Source: Verrucomicrobiia bacterium (lineage in GTDB: Bacteria; Patescibacteriota; Saccharimonadia; Saccharimonadales; JAGQNK01). From it: a DNA stretch of 64,000 bases. Both the position numbers and the translations under genes were made by a program. The stretch is from the NCBI GenBank assembly GCA_035489575.1, contig DATHJY010000007.1, positions 1,047 through 65,046 of the forward strand. Reading direction: 5' to 3'. Positions 25,889 through 35,090 of this stretch are shown in pieces; the first letter of the stretch is position 1, and every line of letters starts with the position of its first letter. Under the pieces are notes generated by a model. It searched no databases. It saw nothing but the letters and a program-made list of their open reading frames with translations, and was not told where the DNA came from.

Positions 25889-26914
25889 TTAGAAACGTCT
25901 GACTGATGGAGAATGAGGTGTATTCACACCGCGACCCCGGCGCCCACGCCGACCACCACCGCCACGGAATTTCACAAAGTACAGCACCGCGCCCACAATT
26001 GCCAGAATCAGGACCACTATCAGGATCAGGAACCAAGTAGGCAAGTACCAAAACGTCTTGGTAGTAGAAATCAAGTCGCCGCTGCCCTGGCTATAGCCAA
26101 TATTGGCAGCTATGGTGTAGCGACCAAACCAACCCCGCCCTGGTTTTTCAATAGCGTCTTCAAACTTACGGGTACTGTCTGGCAAGATGTTTGCTCGTGG
26201 GTCGGTTGCGTTCAGCTCGAACTCTTTAACTGTTTTGCCAAACATGCTTTTTATAGTGACTTTACCGAATGGCTGAACATGGATGTCGCCGACGTTTTTC
26301 AGGCGTGTCAGTACGGTAACGTTTCCGCCCCTCATAAAGCCTTTGACCTTACCACCCTGCGCTGCACCCAGTTGCACCAGGCTGAGTTTTTCATTTAGGT
26401 CGCCAGGCACCTTGACCAAAATAATAGTACCTACGCTCGCCGTCAGGCCAACGTTACCGCTGCCTGCCGTACCAGCCGGCACAAACCGAACGGCGCCATA
26501 GTAACCACCGGCATTGCCGCCTTTAGGTACCGAGATATTCACTTGCAGATCTTTCTTTTGGCGTGGACCTAGCTGCAAGTCTGGCAGGTTTCTGACCAGG
26601 TCCTTAAAGCTGTTGCGTGGCTTTGGCGCCTTGTCGTCCAGAATCAGCCGAGGCTCGCCGTCTTCTTTATCACTGGCCACAAAATCGTTCACAATAGGCT
26701 TAGCTATGACCGTGCCGTCGGTGGGGTTTTCGACTGTAATGGTCATACTTTCGGTAGCACCCTTGTCGATCACAAACTCGCTGCGTACCGGCGACACCCG
26801 AAAACCGTTACCTGCCGATCCAGCCGTTTGGGCTGTCGCCAGGCCGCTTCCCAGCCCCAGTATCATAACCAGTCCGGACACGAACAGAAGTCCGCGCTTC
26901 AGTACTCCCCTCAC
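25889..26914 (-). CDS. cell-surface protein with DUF916/DUF3324-like architecture (signal peptide, two beta-sandwich-like domains, TM helix, Arg-rich tail)
   Basis: The architecture and the GFRVSPVRSEFVIDKG..ESMTITVENP segment resemble WxL-locus accessory proteins. Family assignment is tentative. Confidence 0.5.
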   Translation of the reverse strand: MRGVLKRGLLFVSGLVMILGLGSGLATAQTAGSAGNGFRVSPVRSEFVIDKGATESMTITVENPTDGTVIAKPIVNDFVASDKEDGEPRLILDDKAPKPRNSFKDLVRNLPDLQLGPRQKKDLQVNISVPKGGNAGGYYGAVRFVPAGTAGSGNVGLTASVGTIILVKVPGDLNEKLSLVQLGAAQGGKVKGFMRGGNVTVLTRLKNVGDIHVQPFGKVTIKSMFGKTVKEFELNATDPRANILPDSTRKFEDAIEKPGRGWFGRYTIAANIGYSQGSGDLISTTKTFWYLPTWFLILIVVLILAIVGAVLYFVKFRGGGGRRGRRGRGVNTPHSPSVRRF

Positions 26915-26990
26915 TTAGTCATCCCTTTTAGCTTATTCACTGTTAAAAGTATCTTAACATAAGAGTTACCCTGAAGGGTATACCCCCTTT

Positions 26991-27150
26991 AGAGCCTCTC
27001 CACATCTCCCTGTCGGCTAAAATCCCAAGTTCTGCCACTTTGTACCTGTTTTTTGTTTTCGGTTCGTACCGATGGGTACGACCAAAAGCCAAGAAAACAG
27101 GTACAAAATCATGGCAGCTGCTTGGGATTCGCTCGTCACAGGGAGACGTG
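26991..27150. repeat. 160-bp long imperfect hairpin (CCGTACC-core family)
   Basis: AGAGCCTCTCCAC...TCGTACCGATGGGTACGA...GTGGAGAGGCTCT. The arms pair end to end with internal loops; located in an intergenic gap. Confidence 0.75.
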
Positions 27151-27159
27151 GAGAGGCTC

Positions 27160-28230
27160 TTAGAAATTGGCCAGCGCAATAAAAGTGATGGTCGTAGCAT
27201 AGATACCAGCACTTTGCTGAGCACTGACGTTGGCAACATAACTAACAGTAAATTTGCGGTTGTCGGTCGTAGTGGTCGAGGTTACGACGTTGTCTGCCTG
27301 CGTAAACCTATACTGATTTGGCGTGTTGTACTCCGGCGTTGGCGCCGACACCCCAGGTCCTACCGGCTCGGCGCCAATACTGGGATTGGTGTTTGCTCGC
27401 AGGTTCAGCCCAAACTGGCTGTTGCCTGGGCTGGACGGTGCCTGCACGGCGAGTGACGGGATAAAATTGTTACCAGATGTCAGGGTAGTTCCCGCCAGAG
27501 CAATACTAAACCCAAACGAGGCATTGGTGGCCACCACCATCTCGGACGAAGCAAAGCGCGCTTGCGTGCGTGAAAATTCACCAAAATCTATAAAAAAGCT
27601 GGTAGCCGTAGAGCAATCAAAGGCAGTAACAGTCACCGACGCGCAAAACCGCAGGTAGGGCGGGACCTCTGCCGACACGTCAAACATATCATTCATAACG
27701 AACACCACTCCACCTTCTTCTAGAGCGGTCCCCGTGCCGTCGCTACTGCCAAAAGTTTGCAGGCGAACATAGTAGCTTCCCTCTGCGTCAGGATTGGTAA
27801 TGTTATTAAAATGGTACTCAGATACCGCGTTAGCCGGCGTGGGCGTAACAGGCCCCCGATTGATCACCAATTTGTTAGGCGTGGTAGCTGCCCCGTTTAT
27901 GTTAAAGCCCGTCAGCCCTGCCTGCGTAAAAAGTACCGCGTTGTCCACGTCCAAACCGGTTGGTACTGTGCAAGGCAAGGCAGTTAGTGGACTGTTAGAA
28001 CAAAATTCAAATACCACCGACCCTACCGGGTTACTCAGATCGTTGTATGTAAACCCAAACTTATGGATAGCCACCGAGCTAACAGTAGAGTCAGAGATCA
28101 TGTCATAACGCTCGGACATCTGCAAAATCTGCGCATGCCCTGTTACCGGCACCAAGAAAGTGCACGCGTAACCAATGGCTACCACCATGTAATGCCAAGC
28201 CTTACGCCTGTCCTTATATAGAAACCGCAT
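27160..28230 (-). CDS. secreted surface protein, paralog family member 1
   Basis: Shares FCSNSP...C-x-PTG-x-D, QFG-x-N/C and the C-terminal YATTITFIALANF pattern with 28249, 30120 and 31556. Confidence 0.6.
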   Translation of the reverse strand: MRFLYKDRRKAWHYMVVAIGYACTFLVPVTGHAQILQMSERYDMISDSTVSSVAIHKFGFTYNDLSNPVGSVVFEFCSNSPLTALPCTVPTGLDVDNAVLFTQAGLTGFNINGAATTPNKLVINRGPVTPTPANAVSEYHFNNITNPDAEGSYYVRLQTFGSSDGTGTALEEGGVVFVMNDMFDVSAEVPPYLRFCASVTVTAFDCSTATSFFIDFGEFSRTQARFASSEMVVATNASFGFSIALAGTTLTSGNNFIPSLAVQAPSSPGNSQFGLNLRANTNPSIGAEPVGPGVSAPTPEYNTPNQYRFTQADNVVTSTTTTDNRKFTVSYVANVSAQQSAGIYATTITFIALANF

Positions 28231-28248
28231 ATGCTAATTGTAACGTAA

Positions 28249-29526
28249 CTAGTAGGTGCCGGTGGCGACAAATGTCAGTGTCGTCGTATAGATACCGGCC
28301 TCGGTAGTGTTACTGATGTTGCCGATGAACACCATGGTACCTGTAGAGTAGTCCCCCGCTATCTTACTGGCAATGTCGTCGCCGTAGGTAGAGGTCGTAC
28401 CGGAGCCGCTCGTGTCATAGGCAAAGTCTGTAGTGCCCGCACCGCCAGTCGTACCCGTGCCTGCGCTTTGGGTAGTGCCCGTGCAGTCGGCCGGGTTACT
28501 GCCTACTGAATCGCCGTCGTAAACAGGGTCTGCAGTTAGACCGCTACCTGCGGATTGGTAGGTACAGAATCCAAACTGCTCAGTAGTAGCGGCGCTAGCC
28601 ACAGGCGTACCACCAATAGCGTCTATGGTGTTACTGCCACTCGTGAGCGTCACCCCCTTCAGGCGAATCACCGCACCCCCGGACGCGTTAGTCGTTATGG
28701 AGTATTTGGCACTTTTATCTACATAGGGGCCAGTTGGATCAAGCACACCATTGGTATCCCCTAGCGTGACCGTAGTGCCGGACTTGGTCGTACAGTTGTT
28801 GCCGACACCAGTCGTGTAGACACAGAAGAACAAGCGTTCCTGCACCTTGGAGGTCACGACAATCTGTGCAGCAGTACTGAGTGCTATACCACCGGCGTCT
28901 ATCACAGGAGGCTCGGCACCAGGATTATTGACGTTACCTGGTCCAGGGGTAGCAGAATCGTAGTTTTCGGCCCCTGCAGCCGTAGTAAAGGTGATGATAC
29001 GTGCATAAAAAGTGGTGTTCGAGTTGGTTGGGTTAGTTACGCCGTCACTAACGGCGCCAGTTCCCAGCGTAAACACCTGGGGAGCAGCCGCACCAGGGTT
29101 GTAGGGAGTTACGGCATTTGTGAATACCAGCGTGTTAGCGTCACTGTCACCAGTATCTTTCGTGAAACCCGTCAGACCAGACGAAATGTTTATGGCCAGG
29201 TTAGTAATATTCAGGTCAAAACCCGTAGGAGCAGTACAACTGTCGCCAATAATAGGGGTGTTAGAACAAAAATCTACTACCACACCAGAGATATCCTGAG
29301 CATCGGTGGCAACGTTAAAGCTAACTTCATAAGTAACGTCTTGGCCGGCTGCGGCAGAACCAGTAGCCGAGCTGCTCATGGTAATCTTGCGTGATGTTAT
29401 GGAGCCGTAGGCTTCAGCTTTTTGCGGTCTCAGCAAAGGCAGTATGCTCGCAACAACGAGTACACTTGCTATTACCAAAGTGCCCGATTTTTTCACCCTC
29501 GCGAACACTGTTTTCTCCCCTGTCAT
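28249..29526 (-). CDS. secreted surface protein, paralog family member 2
   Basis: 425 aa with a signal peptide, closely similar along its length to 30120-31367. Ends TTEAGIYTTTLTFVATGTY. Confidence 0.65.
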   Translation of the reverse strand: MTGEKTVFARVKKSGTLVIASVLVVASILPLLRPQKAEAYGSITSRKITMSSSATGSAAAGQDVTYEVSFNVATDAQDISGVVVDFCSNTPIIGDSCTAPTGFDLNITNLAINISSGLTGFTKDTGDSDANTLVFTNAVTPYNPGAAAPQVFTLGTGAVSDGVTNPTNSNTTFYARIITFTTAAGAENYDSATPGPGNVNNPGAEPPVIDAGGIALSTAAQIVVTSKVQERLFFCVYTTGVGNNCTTKSGTTVTLGDTNGVLDPTGPYVDKSAKYSITTNASGGAVIRLKGVTLTSGSNTIDAIGGTPVASAATTEQFGFCTYQSAGSGLTADPVYDGDSVGSNPADCTGTTQSAGTGTTGGAGTTDFAYDTSGSGTTSTYGDDIASKIAGDYSTGTMVFIGNISNTTEAGIYTTTLTFVATGTY

Positions 29527-29763
29527 TTTGTTTTTTAAATGAATGTAACTAGGTGAAGATTAGCATAAGCAAAGGGGCAGCACAAGCTTTTTGTACAACG
29601 CGAATAAGCACTGTGGATTTCTCAGTGCGGATTATACAGGCCTACTCACAAACGGGGGGCGTATATGCAAACATGGCCCTAGCGGTTACCCGCTCGTCCA
29701 TAAGCAAACAAGCCACTACACGTGGGTAGCTGCCTTATTCAGATGACATACATTTGCACTTGA

Positions 29764-29853
29764 GCGCACAGTGCATTTTCTCAGCGAGGAACGGACCGAG
29801 CCGTACCAAAGTACGGTGAAGGGAGTACCACAGCTGAAAAATGTGCTGGGTGC
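29764..29853. repeat. long hairpin (CCGTACC-core family)
   Basis: Core GAGCCGTACCAAAGTACGGTGAAG; flanking arms pair with two G-U wobbles when read on the + strand. Confidence 0.55.
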
Positions 29854-30119
29854 CAAGAAGACAGCAGGGTCACGAGCTCTGCTCGGGAGCCGGCTGGCTG
29901 GTGCACATGTATGTTAGAGCGGTCAGTCACGATTGCTCTTAACCCTATTTCATCCACTGCCCGTTAGCGTAAAACCAGTAGCACTTTTAGCAGCTCATCG
30001 ACTATACTGAGTAAGAACCTTGGGAGGTCCGAATACTCATTCTGCGAAAGTGAGCGTCTTTGTTAGTGCATACTCCTTTTTGTTTTAGCTTAAGCTGGGG
30101 GATAAAATAGGCTGTTGTT

Positions 30120-31367
30120 TTAGTAAGTACCGGTGGCAATAAAGGTCAGTACGGTCGTGTATATGCCGGCTTCGGTAGTGTTGGCGATGTTAGCCGCCAG
30201 GACGATGACGCCGGTCGAGAAGTCGCCGGCAGGCTTGCTGGCAAAGGGGTCGCCGTAGGTAGACATAGTTCCGTCGGTACCGTTGGTGTCGAAGGCGAAT
30301 TGGGCTGTACCGACACCACCAGTAGAGGCCGTACCGGCCGTTTGGGTCGTGCTACTGCAAGGAGCAGAGTCATATGGAGTCGTAGCGGTTAGTCCGGCTG
30401 CGCCGCCACCCGCATCGCGGTAGGTACAGAATCCGAACTGCTCGGTATTTGCAGCACTACTGGCTGCAGCTGCGCCGAACGGTGCGATGTCGAATGACCC
30501 GGTCTTGAGCGTGTCGCCCTTTATACGTATGGCAGCACCCTGCGAAGCATTGGTAGCTACATTATATTTAGTCGTCTTATCAACATATGGTCCGGCAGTA
30601 TCTAGCACGCCGTTGGTATCACCCAAGATGACCGCCGTGCCACTCACCGTACAGTTGGCGTAGTTAACAGCAGAAGTATAGACGCAGAAGGTCAGTTTTT
30701 CCTGCACCTTAGAGGTTACCGTGATCTGGGCAGCCGTACTCATGGCGATACCACCAGCATCTACCACAGGTGGCTCGGCACCAGGGTTGTTGACGTTGCC
30801 TGGTCCGGCAGTGGCAGAGTCGTAGTTGTCAGCACCAGCAGTAGTTGTAAAGGTCAGGATACGTGCATAAAAGGTGGTGTTGGCATTCTCTGGGTTGTCT
30901 ATGCCGTCGTTAACAGCTGCTGTTCCAAGCGTAAAGGTAGCACTGTCGTTGGCCGTTGCAGACCAAGGTGACGAGGCGTTTAGTACCAAGGTGTTAGCGT
31001 CACTCTCGCCCGTGTCTTTTGCAAATGACGTCAGACCGGCATTGATAGTGACTGCCAAGTTGGCGGCATCAATATCAAACCCGGTCGGGGGCGTACAAGC
31101 CTCGCCAACGATAGGTGAGTTAGCGCAAAAATCTACCACCAGGCCGTTTAGGGTCGAGGTAGTGGCAACGTCAAAGTCAACTTCATAGGTAACATCCTGA
31201 CCGGCAGTGAGGGTACCATTGGCCGAACTACTCATAGTAATTTTGCGGAGTCCAATCAGTCCATACGCGTGGGCGTCTTGGGTAAAAATTGGAACAGCGC
31301 TAGCCAGAATCAAGAGAGCAGCCGCAGCAAGAGCTTTAGGCCGTTTTAGCTTGTGTGCTAAAACCAT
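30120..31367 (-). CDS. secreted surface protein, paralog family member 3
   Basis: 415 aa with a signal peptide. ITMSSSANGTLTAGQDVTYEVDFDV...FCANSPIVGEACTPPTGFD; ends TTEAGIYTTVLTFIATGTY. Confidence 0.65.
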   Translation of the reverse strand: MVLAHKLKRPKALAAAALLILASAVPIFTQDAHAYGLIGLRKITMSSSANGTLTAGQDVTYEVDFDVATTSTLNGLVVDFCANSPIVGEACTPPTGFDIDAANLAVTINAGLTSFAKDTGESDANTLVLNASSPWSATANDSATFTLGTAAVNDGIDNPENANTTFYARILTFTTTAGADNYDSATAGPGNVNNPGAEPPVVDAGGIAMSTAAQITVTSKVQEKLTFCVYTSAVNYANCTVSGTAVILGDTNGVLDTAGPYVDKTTKYNVATNASQGAAIRIKGDTLKTGSFDIAPFGAAAASSAANTEQFGFCTYRDAGGGAAGLTATTPYDSAPCSSTTQTAGTASTGGVGTAQFAFDTNGTDGTMSTYGDPFASKPAGDFSTGVIVLAANIANTTEAGIYTTVLTFIATGTY

Positions 31368-31555
31368 AGACTGGTTCTCCTTTTTAATTGGTACCTGACT
31401 AATTTGACTCAGGTATATTTTTGTTTTTTGGATTTACTCATTCAAATTACCATGCCATTTAATCAAGCACAAGCACTTTTTGGGTACAATTATCCACAGA
31501 TTGTGAAATATTTCGTAGATTACCCTGTTAGGCCTGGTTAAGGTTTATTTAAGTT

Positions 31556-32335
31556 CTAGTAGGTAGCCGTGGCGACTAGCACGTGGTTGAAGTTGTACTG
31601 GCCCGATGTCGTGTCGTCGTCGATATTAAATATATAAGACAGAGTATATATAGTCACGCTGGTGCTTTTGGGTGACTGCGCAACGATATCACCCTTTATA
31701 TACTTAAAAGAATTAGCCACGTCGTAGCCCGTAGCTGCCACACCGAACGAGAAGGTATTGTCTGGAACCTGCTGAGGCACCGCCCCAAAGGTAGCAGGAG
31801 CAGTGTTAGCCACCAGATTCATGCCAAACTGCTCAGTGCCTACCGACGAGGCAGCAGGAGTGACCATGGGGTCTATCTGCTCGGCAGGAAAGGTTAGGTT
31901 AGTGGGCGGATCAGACTCAGTAGTTACCACATATCCGTTGGCCTGCCAGGCGCGTATATAAAAGTTGCCGTTGGCTGTTTTGGTCTGCCCCACATCTAGA
32001 TAATCTAGGTCTACATTGTTGCCGGTTACTACAAACTCCAGGTACGGCTCGTCCGTGGTATTAAAACCAGCATAGGCCTGGTAGTTCAGGCTAGACGTAT
32101 TGCCCACTCCTAAATCGCCTAATGTGGCCTGAGCTTTATACTGGCCAGACTGCAAGTCTTGTTCGCTGCCGGTGCTAAATATTGTTTGATCTACTTTGTA
32201 ATTACTAGAGGACGAGGACTGGGCAGCGACAGGTACCGGCACCCATAGCAGACTTGCCAGCAGCATAGTCCAAAGACGCTTTATTTTCCTAAGAGCCTGT
32301 TCCAGATCTCGCTTTTGATGCCAAAAGTGATCCAT
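31556..32335 (-). CDS. secreted surface protein, divergent paralog family member 4
   Basis: Start taken at MDHFWHQK...RKIKRLWTMLLASLLWVPVPVAAQ (signal). Contains GTEQFGMNLVANT and ends VLVATATY. The upstream part of the track ORF overlaps a hairpin repeat. Confidence 0.55.
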   Translation of the reverse strand: MDHFWHQKRDLEQALRKIKRLWTMLLASLLWVPVPVAAQSSSSSNYKVDQTIFSTGSEQDLQSGQYKAQATLGDLGVGNTSSLNYQAYAGFNTTDEPYLEFVVTGNNVDLDYLDVGQTKTANGNFYIRAWQANGYVVTTESDPPTNLTFPAEQIDPMVTPAASSVGTEQFGMNLVANTAPATFGAVPQQVPDNTFSFGVAATGYDVANSFKYIKGDIVAQSPKSTSVTIYTLSYIFNIDDDTTSGQYNFNHVLVATATY

Positions 32336-32342
32336 TTCGAGT

Positions 32343-32407
32343 GACAATTCGTTCTGGGTTTTGAACCGTACCCATAGGTACGGCTCGGAAGCCAAGGCGA
32401 ATTGACG
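32343..32407. repeat. hairpin (CCGTACC-core family)
   Basis: GAACCGTACCCATAGGTACGGCTCGG core (reverse orientation relative to the 29.8 kb and 40.8 kb copies), with CAATTCG/CGAATTG outer pairing. Confidence 0.5.
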
Positions 32408-32563
32408 CCGGAAGGGGCGGTTTTGGCGCGAAATTGGAGATCTGGAATAGGCTCGAACCCTCATGTCATGAATATTTTGTCCTACTTTACACCTTTTCGC
32501 AATCTGTTTATGCTTCACGGCCCGTGGTATCATAAACGTAAAGAGATCAACGAAAGTTTAGGC

Positions 32564-33556
32564 ATGGAAGAACCGGTACAAGACCCGAATGAGGTAAATT
32601 CGCTGGAAGGCCCTGCGGATGGCGACTCGGCTGGCGGCAGCGAGCCTGCTTCTTTGGGTGCCGAGCCCAAGCCTGACGCAGCTGCCCCCAAACCTGAAAA
32701 ACCCAAAAAAACAGGCTCGTTACTACAACGCCTAGTCAGCCACATCAACATTTATCTGTTGCTGTTTATGCTGATTATTATCATTGCCGCAGTCGTGGTG
32801 TTCGTGGGCATGCAGCGCAACAAAAAAGCACTAGAAACACCAACCATTGCCACCCAAGAGCTTACCCAGGAAGCCCTAGACACCATAAGCAACAGCGAGA
32901 CAAAAGTAGGCGACCCCAAACAAACACTGTCCATAGAATCCAACGCCATCTTTTCTGGCAAAGTACTCATCCGCGACAGCTTGGACGTGGCTGGTACCAT
33001 CAAAGTTGGCGGTGCCCTGAGCCTGCCAGGCCTGACCGTAGCCGGTACCAGCAACTTTGACCAGTTGCAGGCCAACAAGCTCTCCATAGCCGGCGACACC
33101 AATGTGCAAGGCACCCTGACCGTTCAGAAGAACGTGGCCGTCAGTGGCGGTGCAACTTTTGGCGGACCTATCTCGGCACCGCAGATCACTGCTCAGAGCC
33201 TGCAGCTTAACAGCGATCTATCCCTCATCAGACACATCGACGCCGGCGGACCCACACCCGGACGCACCAATGGTACCGCCCTGGGCAACGGTGGCACCTC
33301 ATCCATCAGCGGCACCGACACGGCCGGAACACTCACCGTTAATACTGGTGGGGCACCCGGTGCGGGCTGCTTTGCAACCGTTACCTTTGCCGTCAAATTC
33401 AATTCGACGCCCCACATCATCATTACGCCCGTAGGCTCTGCGGCTGCCGGACTCAACTACTACATCAACCGCAGTACTACCGACTTCTCAGTATGCACCA
33501 CCAACCCCGCACCAGCCGGGCAAAACTTTGCCATTGACTATATCGCCATCGACTAA
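32564..33556 (+). CDS. membrane-anchored protein with beta-helix-like repeats
   Basis: Start at MEEPVQDP. One TM helix (INIYLLLFMLIIIIAAVVVFVGM), then repetitive V/L-x-G-x-L/T segments. Confidence 0.55.
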   Translation: MEEPVQDPNEVNSLEGPADGDSAGGSEPASLGAEPKPDAAAPKPEKPKKTGSLLQRLVSHINIYLLLFMLIIIIAAVVVFVGMQRNKKALETPTIATQELTQEALDTISNSETKVGDPKQTLSIESNAIFSGKVLIRDSLDVAGTIKVGGALSLPGLTVAGTSNFDQLQANKLSIAGDTNVQGTLTVQKNVAVSGGATFGGPISAPQITAQSLQLNSDLSLIRHIDAGGPTPGRTNGTALGNGGTSSISGTDTAGTLTVNTGGAPGAGCFATVTFAVKFNSTPHIIITPVGSAAAGLNYYINRSTTDFSVCTTNPAPAGQNFAIDYIAID

Positions 33557-33927
33557 CTGAGTCCCGTCCCAATCCACGCCACAGCTATCGCATCGGGCAC
33601 AATAGACCATACCACCAGTCGCCCCAGCTCAATCTGCGCGGCCTCATGCTCTTGAGCATCTATATAAGAGTCAACAAATTCGATGGGATCACCCTCATCA
33701 AAGTTATCACCACCAATTTTCTGTCCTCCGGGAACGCCGTCTTCCATGCACTCAACCATTTTCTTGCTAATGGTATCCTGTTGCTCGTTCTCCAGATCCC
33801 GGCATGTCTCGGCCGTAATAATTTTGCCTTCTGCAATCTCGTTCGTATGATTTTCAACCGCCGCACCAAGCCCTACACCAACTGCAAGCGAAAGACCAAA
33901 CCCAGCCACCGCTTCATATGCCCGCAT
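33553..33927 (-). CDS. hypothetical small membrane protein
   Basis: Start at MRAYEAVAGFGLSLAVGVGLGAAV (TM helix); acidic middle region and hydrophobic C-terminus. Confidence 0.45.
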   Translation of the reverse strand: MRAYEAVAGFGLSLAVGVGLGAAVENHTNEIAEGKIITAETCRDLENEQQDTISKKMVECMEDGVPGGQKIGGDNFDEGDPIEFVDSYIDAQEHEAAQIELGRLVVWSIVPDAIAVAWIGTGLS

Positions 33928-34032
33928 GTATCGCTCCTTATATATTACGATACAAAGTATACTAGATTGCACAAAGCTTGTGTTAAAAATAAAACATCGA
34001 TGACATGTAAAGAAGTGCTTACCTCTCCTGCG

Positions 34033-34417
34033 CCAGACAGGCGATTGCAGAAACATGACTGTCCAGCCAGCGAGATACTATCTGGCTCCTGCGGAACTCC
34101 CTACGGTCAAACATCCTCGGACCGCAGGTATCATCTCGCTGGCTAGCCAATCAGTTTCCACAAAGCCTGATCTGGTCGCAGGAGAGGTAAGCCGCACCGC
34201 TAGACCTTGGAGAGCGGACTGTCTTCTTGGGAGTGCTCAGCGTGAGCGGCTTGCGCCTCATACCCTCAGATCAGGCTTTGAAAAACTGATTGAACAAAAT
34301 AACCAAATCTAACCGCGTGGTGAGGACCAGCCCCTTGCGGGCCGACTGAAAGGAGTTCCGGAGGCACCGGTGATTTGGTTATTTTGGGCAGTCCTGTTTT
34401 TTCAACCGCCTGTCTGG
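34033..34417. other. ~385-nt ORF-free nested-helix element (candidate structured RNA or composite palindromic repeat)
   Basis: An outer stem (34033-34064 with 34386-34417) encloses three long hairpins: 34065-34146, 34149-34302 and 34307-34385. Confidence 0.4.
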
Positions 34418-34450
34418 GGGTGTGGGGCACAAGCACTTAAAATAACGAGC

Positions 34451-34744
34451 CTATACGTCTAGGAATACAACCACGCGATCGGCTTTGACGTGCATGATGC
34501 CGCGCTGGATAGCTACTTTTTCTTCGCCCTTGTCGCTGCGCACAATAATATCGCCCGCACTCAGCAACGTCATGAAGTTATGGTGCCGTGGCAAAATATC
34601 AAAAGGCCCCGTGTCATTAGTAGCCGAGATACTGTCAGCAATGCCATCGTAATAAGTTTTGAACGGCGCATACACTTTGACATGCATTTTCCCCTTTGGA
34701 ATTTCCACTTCCTTCTTGGGAATGACCATCTTTTCTTCTTGCAT
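34451..34744 (-). CDS. atpC: F1 ATP synthase epsilon subunit (short, beta-sandwich domain)
   Basis: FDILPRHHNFMTLLSAGDIIV matches the epsilon signature (G-x-F-G-I-L-P-x-H). Lies downstream of atpD. Confidence 0.7.
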   Translation of the reverse strand: MQEEKMVIPKKEVEIPKGKMHVKVYAPFKTYYDGIADSISATNDTGPFDILPRHHNFMTLLSAGDIIVRSDKGEEKVAIQRGIMHVKADRVVVFLDV

Positions 34745-34824
34745 AAGCAGTATTATAAACCAAGCAGCTGCTTGGTGTTGCCGAGTTTATGCCTCCAAAC
34801 TCTGAGCGAGCTAGATCATATCGA

Positions 34825-35090
34825 TTACTTATAAAGTTGAGCGTGAGTTCCGATAGCCACAAAAAGCACATGGTTTTCGCCTTGCAGCAAATAGTGCGCC
34901 CGCCAGTCACCCCCAAAAAAGCAATAGAGCGATGACCCCTCCACTTGCCCAAGAGTGCATGATTATACAAATCGGGATGATGAGGCTCGATTTTAAATAA
35001 TGCAATTGCCTCTTCGAAACGTCTCTTTTACGCCAGTCTTAGATCTTTATACTGCTTATCAAACGACTCATGAAAGGTAGTTGTTATCAT
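34825..35090 (-). pseudogene. RelE/YafQ-family toxin pseudogene (in-frame TAA plus a frameshift at a T6G5 run)
   Basis: MITTTFHESFDKQYKDLRLA*KRRFEEAIALFKIEPHHPDLYNHALLGKWRGHRSIAF, then after a frame change GGDWRAHYLLQGENHVLFVAIGTHAQLYK*. ATGA overlap with the antitoxin stop. Confidence 0.7.

Noticed and set aside
29795-29822. GAGCCGTACC…GGTACGG(T/C)T cores resembling group II intron domain V (GAGCCGUAU…AUACGGUUC)
   Set aside because: The hairpins are ~20 nt with a 3-4 nt loop. They lack the upper helix, the 2-nt bulge and the GNRA loop of domain V. No intron-encoded RT/maturase ORF and no other intron domains are nearby.
34033-34417. RNase P RNA, tmRNA, SRP or 6S RNA identity for the nested-helix element
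   Set aside because: Neither strand has a GAGGAAAGUCC / ACAGAAnnCGGCUUA P4 pair (the closest match is AGACAGUCCGCUCUCC on the minus strand). There is no tRNA-like end with a T-arm/CCA, no tag reading frame, and no SRP GGAA/AGCA motifs. It is kept only as an unclassified structured candidate.
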